From Octopus vulgaris (taxonomy: Eukaryota): a stretch of 64,000 nt of DNA. The notes beneath the pieces are model-generated. The model was given only the letters and a program-made list of their open reading frames with translations. It did no database searches and was not told where the DNA came from. Below are positions 39,876-53,915 of the stretch, piece by piece. The stretch lies in contig OX597820.1 of assembly GCA_951406725.2 (NCBI GenBank), positions 65,224,001 through 65,288,000 on the forward strand. The letters run 5' to 3'. The position numbers and the translations under genes are program-made. Within the stretch, counting starts at the first letter, position 1. Every line of letters begins with the position of its first letter.

Positions 39876-42321
39876 CTGTGTTTGTATTATTATTATTATG
39901 TAATAGATTGTGCTCTAATGGCTTCTTGTTGAGGATGTGTGGTCATTCATCGAAAAAGTGTCGCACATGTGTGTCCTATGCAACAGGTTTATCGATAATA
40001 CTATAGGATCATACATGAAATAAATATAGTGAGTTGAAAACAACCACTTATCCGAAGTTATGCATGCAATAGCAGACAAAAACACCGCCAGGGGTATTTA
40101 AAAACATAAAGGCAATAATTAATGGAGATACCTCCAATAAATATCATTTAACTCAAGTCTTTGAAAATACAGAAAATGTGGTGTTAGTGTTGATCTTGTG
40201 GTGGTATTTACAGCTTCTATGTCGGCAAATGCATTTGTAATTTATGCTTCCTCTGTAGTTTATTTAACTATTTTGCAGTGTTGCAGTTAGTTGTAGATGC
40301 GAACATTCTTTTAATCCTTTATTCTTTTATCTTTTTATTCCATTATTCGTTTCGCTCATTGAACTTATACCATGCTGAGGCACCGTCTTAAAGGGTTTCA
40401 GTTGATAAAATAACCCCCCAATACATCTCTTTGTAGGAAACTGGTTCTTATTTTTGTGTTCTCTCTTTTATCAAATCCCTAAGTTATGGAAGCTTAAACG
40501 AACCTATAAATGATAGTCAACCATTTAGAGACAAACACAAAGATGCAATCACATACACTGTCACATACAGAGAGTTACATACATGCACATACGCACACTC
40601 ACTGGTTTCCATATCAGTTTCTGCCGACACAATTCACATTCACTCGCAAACGCTTGGTAGCCTCATAACTCTGATAGTAGACATTTGTTCAAGGTTTTGT
40701 GCAGTGGGACTGAATCCAGAACCATATGGCTGCAAAGTGATGCAAATCCGTAGCTTCTTCTGACAACATTTTCAATGATAATATTGTTCAAAGTAACTGG
40801 AATACAAAAATAAACTTGCTAGGACTACCATTTCCTTATCCCAGTTAGTCTCCATATTGACACAGAGTATACTCGCGGTGCCTCGATCCAGTAGAAATAT
40901 CCTTAGGAATATTTAGGAATACATTATCCAATGCATCCACATAATGGACGCATTGGATAATGTATTATTAAATATATTGTGTCCGAATAAAAGAGCGAAA
41001 ATTTGTTTTCTGCGAACATTTTAATAACAGATTAGGGCTGAGCTGAGCCTAAGCAACGATCTACGAGCCAGCAAAGAAGTTTCAGTATGGTCGCTTGGCT
41101 TCCTAGAAATAACAGCTAAATTCTTTCAAATCAAATACGAGTGTCTTAAAAGAAGAAATGACACATTAGATAATGTAATCCTAGACATACAAACAGGTGG
41201 ATGATTGCAGATGGAAAGCAGTTTTTCTCATATGTCTGCTCAATCAGGCCCGTGGCACGTAATTAAGCAACAATACCGCTACCGACAACGCAGATAATGA
41301 ATCAAAAGATAACGTAGAATAAGCAGTGTGTAAAGAAGCAAAATATCTGTGATAGTTGTGTATCCAGACGATGCTGGTGTCTGATATACGGCTGAAGAGA
41401 ATCGAAGGTTTTACCTTCAATATTTCAATGTTAAAGAAGAAAACCTGAAATCTTACGAAGCAACTATTTGTACAATTTCTCATGTTTAAACACAAACATA
41501 ATTAGATAGTTAAACCCGCTTAGCAGCCACTTGCTTTCAGGTTCAGTCTCACTGCCCAACACCTTGGGCAAATGCCTTCTACTATAGCCCCAGGCTGACT
41601 AATTGGGTGTGACTTAATTTGGTAGGCAGTAACTGTGCGGAATCCTGTCGTATGTGTGTGTGTATCTTTTTTGTCTGTGCTTGCTCCCAACATTGCTTGA
41701 CAACCGGTGCTGGTTTATTTGCATCCCAGTAACTTTTACCGTTTAGCAAAAGACACCGATAGAATAAGCCCCATGTTTTAAAACGATAATAGTGGGATCG
41801 ACTGTTTTGACTAAGACCATTCAAGGCGGTGCTACAGCATGGTCACTTAATGAAATAATTAAAAAGCAAAAGAAATCCCAGCGAGTTATTAATTCACACA
41901 GAATCATACAGTAATGCATACAAACTTTTTGTTTGTCCATCTCGATGTTCAAGGTACTCCGCAATCACTGGCGGACAATTGAATGATATTTTGGGAGGGC
42001 TTTTTATAATTCTGTATCTATACATTCTTTTCTGCTTCTTCGGGAAGTTCCGAGTGCTTTTCTCCGCCAATAGGAACAGCACCAACATGAACACTGAATA
42101 GCGATGTCTTCCACTTTTAATGTTTCCGATGTTGTTTCACTTTAAATTGGATTCAGCTGGTTTATAAACTTTACATTGGTCATGCCAGGTGCTGACCCTG
42201 GTTTTGACTTTTCTCTTTAAATTGTTTCAGCTTTAAAGCTGCGGTAACGCTGGGCACTTTTTTTTTTTTCTGAGGTGTGGATTTTAGAAAGTGTTTGCTA
42301 AAAATAAGCATCATTCTAAAT

Positions 42322-42934
42322 ATTCTTTTCTACTCTAGGCACAAGGGCCGAAATTTTGGGGGAGGAGGCTAGACGATTAGATCGATCCAGTATGCAACTG
42401 GTACTTAATTTATCGACTCCGAAGGGATGAAAGGTAATGTCGAATTCGGTGGAATTTGGACTCAGAACGTAACGGCAGACGAAATACCCATTTCTTTATT
42501 ACCCACAAGGGGCTAAACACAGAGGGGACAAACAAGGACAGACAAACGGATAAAGTCGATTATATTGACCCCAGTGCGTAACTGGTACTTAATTTATCGA
42601 CCCCGAAAGGACGAAAGGCAAAGTCAACCTCAGCGAAATTTGAACTCAGAACGTAACGGCCGACGAAACACCGCTAAGCATTTCGCCCGGCGTGCTAACG
42701 TTTCTTATTTCTTTACTGCCTACAAGGGGCTACACATAGAGGGGACAAACAAGGACAGACAAACCGATTAAGCCCATTATATAGACCCTAGTGCGTAACT
42801 GGTACTTATTTAATCAACTCCGAAAGGATTAAAGGCAAAGTCGACCGTGGCGGAATTTGAACTCAGAACGTAGTGGCAGACGAAATACTGCTAAGCATTT
42901 CGCCCAGCTAACGTCTCTGCCAGCTCACCGCCTT
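42322..42934 (-). mobile_element. Head-to-tail array of three SINE family B units
   Basis: The GTACTTAATTTATCGAC..GAACTCAGAACGT block repeats three times. One unit has tail type 2 and two have tail type 1. Confidence 0.85.
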
Positions 42935-43893
42935 ATCCTTCTGAATATAAAATGGTAAATGTGGTACATTAACACTGATGTCACAGTTCTTTCTGCAATG
43001 AGAATACAAAATAAAATTAGTAGTTCACTGATGTCAACTGGTGTAATATGATGCTTTGTTGGAGATGTTAGTATTTGCAGTAGATCTTTTCAGTAAAACA
43101 ATATAGTTTTTACCAACTTCTTCAAGAGAACATTCTACATTTAACTTGACCTCACTAAGGACAATAATATCTAATAAATAGCGATTCAGCTCTCAAGCAA
43201 CAAGACATTTATGGAACCGGGAGTCTCTTCGCCAGATTACGAACGACAGGCAATGTCTGTATAATCTAGGTTGAATGGTGTATTTTTACGATCGCTAAAT
43301 GGATTGTGATGACGGACGCCTTTGAATCTACACGCAGTAACTTACTTAGGCATACGATATTTGTTCAGCACTTCTGAACCCTTTTCCAGGGCCACTGAGA
43401 TCTTTCATCCGACCACCTGTCACCCAATACCTAAGTAACTGATATCACAAGCTAACTCTTAAATCAATCAACACTCTAATGTAAATAAATAAAAAGAAAT
43501 AACTCATACCTCACACTGCTTTTGACACCAACCAAACTGACGAAGGCATAAATTAGAAAGTGAGAGAAAGAAGTTATTTTGTAGAGGATGAAATTAGCAT
43601 AAATTTGAATAACAAATAAATGGATACTCCCTATATGATAAATTTTAAGCTTTTAAAAATTCCTTTCACGAAAAAGAAAAACAAAATATGAAAAAGAAAA
43701 GAAGAAAGAAAGCAAGGGTCAATTGCTTGAAATCTTGAATGAGAGGCCATCATTTTTATAGAATTTAGAAAGAAATCATAGTTGAATTATTACACTGAAG
43801 ACCGAAACGAACAGAATTAATAATAATAATAATGATGATGATGATATTGATGATGATGATGATGAGGATGATGATGATGATGATGATGATGAT

Positions 43894-44480
43894 AAATGCC
43901 CTGGTGCAGTACCAGACAGTGGCTCTATGCCCTGATGCAGTACCAGGTGGTGGCTCTCATGGCTTCTGATCTTAACTGACTGGAAGTGTTATCATGTACA
44001 TTGTTTTCCCTTGGTATAAAAGATGGGCTACAGCAAATATTCTGCTCAATACCACATATTGTTCGTCAATTGTTTGACCTTAATCAGTTGAGCATGTCCC
44101 TTAGTGGCTGACGATATGTGCATGTCTGATTACGAGTAGAAGTAGTGGGGTGCAACATAGCCATGTGTTGAGAGCAATTCTACTGGGTTTGGATAATTCA
44201 CCTCTGGAAACATGAATGTTTCGTTCAACATACTTAAACAATCCTTATTCAAGGAGCTTTAGAGCAGGATGGGCTACGCGCCCAGAAGAAAATTCTAACA
44301 GGGCACCACCTGCAAGGTCATGTGCTGTTTATCTTGAAATGAGACCACCATGTCGCGCACATATGGTTGTGATGCATGTGCCTAGTGTAACCTTATCAGA
44401 CGAGTGGTCATGATGGGTATACTGGGTTTCGTATATTTTACCCCAGTGTCACTTCGATGGCATGCACTGCTCTCTCACTC
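43894..44480 (-). mobile_element. ~590-bp non-coding element embedded in a (TAA)n/(GAT)n array; orientation tentative
   Basis: Complex, GC-richer block with sharp boundaries against AAT-type repeats on both sides, a 31-bp tandem duplication at one end, and no recognisable ORF. Confidence 0.55.
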
Positions 44481-44494
44481 AATAATAATAATAG

Positions 44495-44590
<96 letters not shown>

Positions 44591-44598
44591 TGATAATG

Positions 44599-44650
<52 letters not shown>

Positions 44651-44658
44651 TAATAATA

Positions 44659-44689
<31 letters not shown>

Positions 44690-44690
44690 T

Positions 44691-44747
<57 letters not shown>
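44481..44747. repeat. (AAT)n microsatellite
   Basis: Directly visible. Confidence 0.97.
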
Positions 44748-44881
44748 CCGTTCTACAATAGGCACTTGACCTGAAATTTGGGGGAGAAGTTTTCAAATTT
44801 TGGCATGAGTACAGCAGGTTTGGTAATAATAGAAACAATAAATAAATAAATAAATAAATAAACGAGTGGGGGGAAACGGGT

Positions 44882-45200
44882 GTGGAAAAGACTGAAAAGT
44901 ACCAGCTATTAAAAGATGAAATTGTACTAATGTGGGGACAATGAAAAAACTAACTACCATCACTGCAGTTGTAGGGTCACCGGGAGTTTTAAGAACCAGG
45001 TTTGAGAATATGTTGGAGAAATTGGTATTGACATGATGGTAGAACATATTCTGAGAACTGCTTTATTAGGGACAACGAGGATTTTGAGATTGGTAAATGG
45101 GTGTAAAGTAACCTTTGACAAGAGGTTACTGTCCGCTTTTACAGAATTAGCCAGAGTAAGTGAAATCGAGGGCTATGAGAGGTGAAATGGAAATAAGAAA
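44882..45200 (+). mobile_element. R4/Dong-like non-LTR retrotransposon extreme 3' fragment
   Basis: Broken frames give EKTEKYQLLKDEIVLMWG..VVGSPGVL..RTALLGTTRILRLV, the typical RLE C-terminal K...KY..L / ALLGT.RILR signature. Confidence 0.75.
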
Positions 45201-45249
45201 TATATAAATCACTTTTGCCCAAATGTGTGCCAAACTCTTTCTCTGCATT

Positions 45250-45495
45250 CTTTTACTCTTTTACTTGTTTCAGTCATTTGATTGTAACCATGCTGGAGCA
45301 CCGCTTTTAGTCCAGCAAATCGTCCCCAGGACTTATTCTTTGTAAGCCTATCGGTCTCTTTTGCTGAACCGCTATGTTACGAGGACGTAAACACACCAGC
45401 ATCGGTTGTCAAGCGAAGTTGGGGGGGGGGACAAAACAGACGTACAAACACATACACACACATACATGCACACACATACACACGCCCCCACACGA

Positions 45496-45577
<82 letters not shown>

Positions 45578-45746
45578 GATGGGCTTCTTTTAGTTTCCGT
45601 CTATCAAATCCACTCACAAGGCTTTGGTCGGCCCGAGGCTATAGTAGAAGACACTTGCCCAAGGTGCTACGCAGAGGAACTGAACCTGGAACTATGTGGT
45701 TCGAAAGCATGCTACTTAACACAGAGCCACGAGCCACTCCTACGCC
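45250..45746 (-). mobile_element. SINE family A
   Basis: Full reverse-complement copy with internal (CA)/(TA) tract. Confidence 0.85.
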
Positions 45747-45887
45747 TATGTTAAATGGTCTAAAACTAGTGGGAGCAAAAACAAAGTACTGCAAATGGTG
45801 TATAAACGAAGTGATAAAAACAGGTACATAATAGTGCCTTGCTTCTAAAATAAAGGTGGTGCTGCCATTTTTTCTAAATATAGTAAA

Positions 45888-46172
45888 GTCGCATGACTCA
45901 GTGGTTAGAACGTCGAGCTTCCGAATGTGGGGTTGTGAGTGTGATTCCCGGACCGGGCTGCTTGTTGTGTTCATGAGTATGACACTTTATTTCACGTTGC
46001 TGCGGTATCAGCCTTTGCCTTTCCCTCGGATAATATCAGTGGTGTGGAGAGTGGAGACTGTTATACATGGGTGATTGTTGGTCTTCCACAAACAACCTTG
46101 CCCGTACTTGTGCCTCGGAGGGTCCACTTTCTAGGTGCAATCCCATGGCCATTCATGACCGAAGGGGGTCTC
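45888..46172 (+). mobile_element. tRNA-derived SINE family C
   Basis: A-box-like TGACTCAGTGG and B-box-like GTGTGATTCCC, with a body shared with 28496-28640. Confidence 0.6.
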
Positions 46173-46935
46173 CGCAGTAATTTAGGCATAGATTTAATTT
46201 AAAATTTTCATAATTATCGCCACTTCTCATTCAGAGTTGCTTATAATTGCCCATGGTTTATTGAATATTTTCTGTCGTTAAGAGAAATTTGAAGACATAC
46301 AGTATAAACTCTTTGGCTTAGCTACTCATAGAGACATATTCACTCAAAAACACATTAGCTCACACATACATAGAGGAAACTCAAGCTTATTTATAACATC
46401 GTACATATACATAGATTTAATATACATGAATACACACAAACACACACATATGTATATATATATATATATGTGTGTGTGTATGTATATGTATATATATGTG
46501 TGTGTGTACATGCAAAATGTTAACGTACAAATGCATACACATTTGTATATTTACACATACATATTTACACACATACATATATGCAAATACACATACACAC
46601 ACCTACGTAATACACACATGCATAAATATCTACATTTAAAGATATATGAACATATATATCGCACACATATACATATGCGTGTAGTGCGATCTATTGGTGT
46701 ATGTGTCTATAAGCGCACACAGTGAAATGGAGAGATGTGGAAGAGACTGAGAAATTATTAAGATTCATATGGCAGAAATTTGATTCATATTTCCTCATGG
46801 AATATTGATAGAAAACAGTGATACATCATATTGATAGCATTATAGTCAGACAAACATACACACATACTCAAACACGCAATGACTATATATATATATGTAT
46901 GTATGTATATATATTTATGTATGTATGTATGCATG

Positions 46936-46978
<43 letters not shown>

Positions 46979-46987
46979 ATATGTGTG

Positions 46988-47048
<61 letters not shown>

Positions 47049-47277
47049 ATATGTGTATATATATATATGTATGTATATATATATATATGTATGTATATAT
47101 GTGTGTATATATATATATATACTTACATATACACAAAGACGCACGCACACACATTTATGTCCTTCTGCTTTGCAGTTACTTTTAACGATATTGAATAAGA
47201 CGAAGCTGCATCTATGAGTACTTGTCTGTGTACGTATCTGTGGTGTACATGTGCCTATATATATATTCATGTATATA

Positions 47278-47325
<48 letters not shown>

Positions 47326-47478
47326 TATATACATACATGCATACATACACATGTATATCTTCGTGTGTTTGTGCATATGTGTACCCATACATACACACGA
47401 TTTTACATATGCAGCGTAGTCAAAACGACGGTCGTTAAAATTAACTGAATTGTATATATATATGCATACACACACACA

Positions 47479-47525
<47 letters not shown>

Positions 47526-47536
47526 ATATATATATT

Positions 47537-47569
<33 letters not shown>

Positions 47570-47631
47570 ATATACATACATACATATATATACATGTGGG
47601 TATCTACTATCAATCTTTATATATATATATA

Positions 47632-48853
47632 CAGATGTTGGACAAAATAATGGAACCACCTTAAAATTTCAAGCAAATTTATTCTAACATGGGGTAGGAC
47701 CACCTTTGGCAGTAATTACAGCTTGAATTCTATGAGGTATGGACTCGTACAAAATTTGAATTGTTTCCAAAGGAATTTTTGTCCATTCTTCAGTTAAAAC
47801 AGCCTTCAGTTCTTGTAGTGATGATGGTGGAGGATATCAACTCCTTACTTATTTTTCTAAAATGCACCATAAATGTTCAATAATATTGAGATCTGTGGAC
47901 TGTGGTGGCCAGACAAGATGTTCAGCTTCACTTGAATGTTCCTCGTACCATTGAATAACAACTTTAGCTGTGTGAATTGGTGCATTACAATCCTGAAAGA
48001 TTGCGTTTCCCTCCGGATGAATTTGATCAGATAGAATGCTTAAACAGTCTTGATTATTAATTCTGCCATGAAGGGAAACCATTGGGCGGGCGGATTTTCA
48101 AGATATAGCCTGCCAGATCATTACAGATCCTCCTCCATGTTTAACAGTTCGAAGACGGCAGTCTGGGTCAAACGCTTCTTTTGGCTTTCTCCACGCATAT
48201 AATCGGCCGGAGGTCGAGTATAAGGTAAAAGATGACTCGTCCGAGAAAATAACATTCTTTCACTGCTCTAGGGACCAATTCTGTAGGTTTTCACTCCACT
48301 CTAAACGCTTTGCAACGTTTATTTCTGAAAGTAGTTTTCTGATTGCAGCCCTCTCGTGAAATCCCACCTTGTGCAGCTTCCGGCTAACAGTTTCTGTTCG
48401 ATGAGGTCATTAACCTCTTCAGTAATTTTGGAAGCTGTACTTTTGTGATAATTTCTAACAATTCGCGTAAGATTCCAACGGTCCCTATCTGAAAGTTTTG
48501 GTTTTCTTCTGGAGTTTTGTTTCAACGAGTAGGTTTTCCCCCTTTCTCAAATGCTGTCTTTACTTTCGAGACAGTACTACTTGATATACCAAACATTTTG
48601 GCTGTTTTCATTACGCTAGCGCCTGCCATACGAGCACCAACAATTTGACCTCTTTGAAAGTCCGATGGATTTGTCATTTTAATGAATTTTTATTACTCTT
48701 TCCTGATATCTGAAAAGAAAAAACAATTTTAGCAAGACATATTAAGTAACACTAATAATAAATAAAAAAACATAAAAATAAACATATTTTTGACGTTTTT
48801 ATAGATATTTCAAAATTATGATGCTAGGTTTTGTCCTTTATTTTGTCCAACAC

Positions 48854-48856
<3 letters not shown>
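47632..48856 (-). mobile_element. Tc1-family DNA transposon, near full-length
   Basis: TIRs CAG(A/G)TGTTGGACAAAATAA at both ends, each flanked by TA within (TA)n; length about 1.2 kb. Confidence 0.95.
47684..48677 (-). pseudogene. Tc1-type DDE transposase pseudogene
   Basis: MTNPSDFQRGQIVGARMAGAS (HTH)..VIFSDESSFTL..FQDCNAPIHTAK..WPPQSTDLNIIEHLW..AVITAKGGPTPC*, interrupted by deletions, frameshifts and stops. Confidence 0.92.
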
Positions 48857-48912
<56 letters not shown>

Positions 48913-48950
48913 TATAATATATATATATAGATAGATAGATATATAAATAA

Positions 48951-49012
<62 letters not shown>

Positions 49013-49414
49013 TTAACTATTGACATGTATATGTAGGTGTATGTGCATCTATGTTTGAATGTATGTTAATTTTCTGTGCGTACAGTCTATATGTTTGCAC
49101 AGATGAGTAAAGAGTGTACACCACAGCACTGATTAAGAAATCACAGGTGATTTGCAGCTGAATTCTCTTTTTAAATGACCTCCTTCGAGAGTTGCATTCG
49201 GTACGATATGTTTATTTATTTTAGTAGTTTTGACTTTGAGAGTGCCTCCTAGCGTGTGGTATTTATGTGTATATAATATAAATAAATATATTTCAGTGAA
49301 AAAATTGGTGGACGTTTTTTCTTATGAGATTTTTTCACGCTGACTACTTAATAAATTCTTATGAATTTTATCCTATTTTTAAATTGGATGTTTTTTTTAT
49401 TAAAATATGTATGT

Positions 49415-49492
<78 letters not shown>

Positions 49493-50051
49493 ATGTTTTT
49501 CTGATTGTTTTTATGAAAAAAATTTGAAATAATAATAATAACGTTTTGCGTTAATCTGATGAGTTACTTAATACCTTTGTAAAGTACAAATTTATTATCC
49601 TTAAGCAAGAATGTTGTGCACAGTAACTTCGAAGTCATTGTCAACAACAATCTTGCTTAAATATAGTATAATAAAGTATATATATGTATATGTGTGTGTG
49701 TGTTTGTGTGTGTGTGTGCAAGTATATATGCATATATATATGTATATGTACATATATATATGTAAATATGTATACTCACACACACACACACTCAATACTA
49801 TATAAATATATATGTAGCTATGCGTGTATATTAATTGCTGTTGAGTAGAACGATAACTTTGTAGTAAAGAAACCAAACTAACAAAAGATGGCTTTACATC
49901 TTAATATAGGATTTAGACATGTATTCGGAAAGCCATACATTCTACATTGGCTAATCCGGAGTATTATGTGTGTGTATCTATATATAAAGGCAGTGTTCCA
50001 GCATGGCCGCAGTCAAATGACTGAAACAAATAAAAGAATAAAAGAAATATT

Positions 50052-50085
<34 letters not shown>

Positions 50086-50099
50086 TGTATTTATGTATG

Positions 50100-50130
<31 letters not shown>

Positions 50131-50198
50131 GTGCATGTATATGAGTGTATGTGTGTATCTGTGTGTGGGGATGTATGTTGGGTGTACATATATATACA

Positions 50199-50247
<49 letters not shown>

Positions 50248-50422
50248 ATGTATGTATATATGTATTTATGTATGTATGTATGTATGTATGTATGTATGTA
50301 TGTATGTATGTATGTATGTATGTATGTATGTATGTATGCATGTATGTATGTATGTATCTATGTACAGAGGGAAAAGAGAAAGAGATGGATAGTAAGATAG
50401 ATAATAATAAGATAGAAATAAG

Positions 50423-50830
50423 TTTCTTTATTGGCCACACAGGGCTGCACACAGATGGGACAAGTTACAAGGTAGAGCTTTTCTTTTGGGGGGTGAAAAA
50501 AACAAAAAAAAAACAAAAGAAACAAAAAAAAAGGTGGCGTAGGTTTTCGATCAAAAGGGATCGTAAAAGGGAAAAAAGAACAAAATTTAAAAAAAAGGAA
50601 AAGGAACAAAAGGAAAGAGAAATGGAAAAAAGGGGGGAGGGGAAGAGGGAAAAAAACGATCAATAGGGATCGTGTATCACAGTGTTATGATGTATGGTGT
50701 TAAGGGGAAAGCAAGTAAGGTTTATCCGTGGGAAGAAAAGCCTACGAAAAAGACCACGGTAACCTTGGTCAATATTGTTATATGTTACCACATTTGTTTG
50801 CAAGTGGGTAACCCTCTGTTTTCAATTTCT
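50423..50830 (-). mobile_element. Putative LINE 3' UTR whose terminus matches SINE family B tail type 1
   Basis: The minus strand ends TTGTCCCATCTGTGTGCAGCCCTGTGTGGCCAATAAAGAAA, against the SINE tail TTGTCCCCTCTGTGTTTAGCCCCTTGTGGGTAATAAAGAAA. The upstream part is unrelated to the SINE body. Confidence 0.6.
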
Positions 50831-51333
50831 GAAGCAGATAATGTGTGTTGAATTGAAAGCTTTATATGATGTACAGACGTTTCTGTAAAGTGCCGAAATA
50901 ATTACGCAATTATGTTTTTCCAATGATGCATACATAACACCAGTGTCTCACGTCTCACGCAGGTTTCTTTGTATCCTTTCTTGACTCCACCCTTACTTAA
51001 TCTCTACTCTACTTAATCATCCCATAATCCCACTTCTATTTATTTTTTTGTTTCCTCCCGATGTAAACAAGATCTGGAAGACTCACACCGCTAAAGCAAT
51101 TTTGATGAAGTGTGTCTCTAATGTCTAAAACCACAAACATTACGTAAATTTTCACTTTGAACTTTTGCGTAATCTGGCATTTCAAGTAGTGTTGGTACAG
51201 AAAGAATTGTAACTGATCGTTAAAGATATGTTAAAGATCTTTTTATTATTATGTATATTAAATATAGATCGAAAGATAGACAGATATATGCATTCAGTTA
51301 AACACACACGCACATGACTATATATAATATAAT

Positions 51334-51367
<34 letters not shown>

Positions 51368-52450
51368 TATCACATACATGCATATATCTTTACTTTTATT
51401 TTCCTTGTTCTCAAGAATTTTTGAGTTTTTACATTATCTCTCCCCATCTAATTTTATCGCTATATAGCAATCTGTCCTCCTCTTTTGAATTTTCTCAGCT
51501 TCACATCTTGTAAAATACTGGATAAGAAGACAATGTATCTTTTAATGTAAGACAAAGTTTGACGGTTCGTTTCGCATTCCTGTTTCTTAATGTCCTCATA
51601 AAATAAATGTTTAAGAGAAGCAAACATTTTTTATTTGTGCTTTTGAATGGCTAAAATGTGCCTTCTACGCTGAAATTGTCTTAGTTTCAACACACGGTTT
51701 GAGGTCAAATTACTTGACAGAGAAGAGTATCTCCGATCATTTCCCCTTGTTTCATATGCTTAGCGATTGTGGCTGTTTTGGCAGGGTTCATCTTGTTAGT
51801 TAAAAGTGAGTAGTGGGACAGCATTTGCTTGTGTTGGCGTATCAGAAGCTATTGGGGTTTATATCGTAGCCGTTTGGCGTCGAAACTATAATGAAAGTTA
51901 TTTTATTTCATTTTCTTATAATATGACATAATGTCTCTCGTGCAACAGTCATTATTCTAATCTGTCTTAAGGTGGCGATCTCTCCGAATCGTTAGGTCAA
52001 CGAAAAAGATGCCCAGGGACTCACCGATGTCGATTTTATATTTCATTCTTTCGGGGATGTTGAACACTGGAGTCGATGTAGTTGACTATCCTCTCCTTCA
52101 AAATTGCTGGCCTTCTGCCAATATTTGAAACCATTTAAGGTAGTGAGCTGACAGAGCCATTGCAGCACCAGACAAAACAATTCCGGCTTTACTTTCCGGA
52201 TACAAATTCAACCAAGGTTGACTTTGATTCTCATTCCATGGGAATCGTTTAAATAAAGTACCAGTGAGTATGGGAATGATGAAGTAAAATAAACAAACCC
52301 TGTCACTTAATTTCCGTTTTTGTGCTTATAATAAAAATGATTATTTTATCCTATTTTTTCATAGACTGGAAAGTGTAATTGGAGTGCTACTTGGTAACAT
52401 TTTCCAACACAGTTCTATATCTAAGAGATGAGGAATTATGTACATTATTT

Positions 52451-53110
<660 letters not shown>

Positions 53111-53111
53111 T

Positions 53112-53230
53112 CAGATATACCTTAGGAATGAGAACCTAGGTTCGAAATTTCCCCAAGACATCTGATGGTTGTATTAACAACAAAAAAGATGAGGACAAAT
53201 ATCCGCCAAATGTAAATAATGTAAATAATG
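53112..53230 (+). mobile_element. Solo terminal segment of the Penelope-like element at 17983-18858
   Basis: TTTCCCCAAGACA.CTGATG..AAGATGAGGACAAATATCCG.CAA.TGTAAATAATGTAAATAA matches the reverse complement of 17983-18071. Confidence 0.8.
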
Positions 53231-53540
53231 GACATTTTCCAACAGTTTACGTGATTCATGGTTCGGTTTATTTTGTTACTGTTGTTGATGATGTGTTTGA
53301 GGCCTTCATGCACAATACCAATGGCTGTTTTAGTTACTACTTCTTACATATCGTAAACTACAGATAACGTCTAGGCATGCGGCTGCGCATACTCATCATT
53401 GACAAAGCGCATCGAACCCGAAATACATCTAGAGATCTCACCGCTGCTGAGACGCACCTTTGTCTCTCTCTCCGATATAGTTTTTGTACGACCATTAGAC
53501 ATGTTAACCTGGAAGAATACCGCAGTAACTTGCCTGCCAA

Positions 53541-53606
<66 letters not shown>

Positions 53607-53760
53607 GCTATGTACAATTATATATACATGCATACGTACATAAATGCACATGTACACATGAATGCAGGCATGTATATACCTGCATGCATGTGTGTGTATG
53701 TATATATATATATATATATATGTATGTATGCATATGTACACATAGATATACATATATATG

Positions 53761-53796
<36 letters not shown>

Positions 53797-53880
53797 CGTA
53801 TATATATAGACACACATGCACACACACATACACACAGGAAAAGAAAGAGCAACATGCTTTATGTTTACGAGTTAAAATGA

Positions 53881-53915
<35 letters not shown>

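Noticed and set aside
41894-42210. Complex minus-strand ORF-like region
   Set aside because: All frames contain stops, and I could not assign any motif with confidence.
42322-42934. CRISPR-like regularly repeated blocks
   Set aside because: The repeats are 170-230-bp SINE units without unique spacers, in a eukaryotic context with no cas genes.
49556-49600. CTGATGA hammerhead core start
   Set aside because: No GAAA..UH half at a compatible position.
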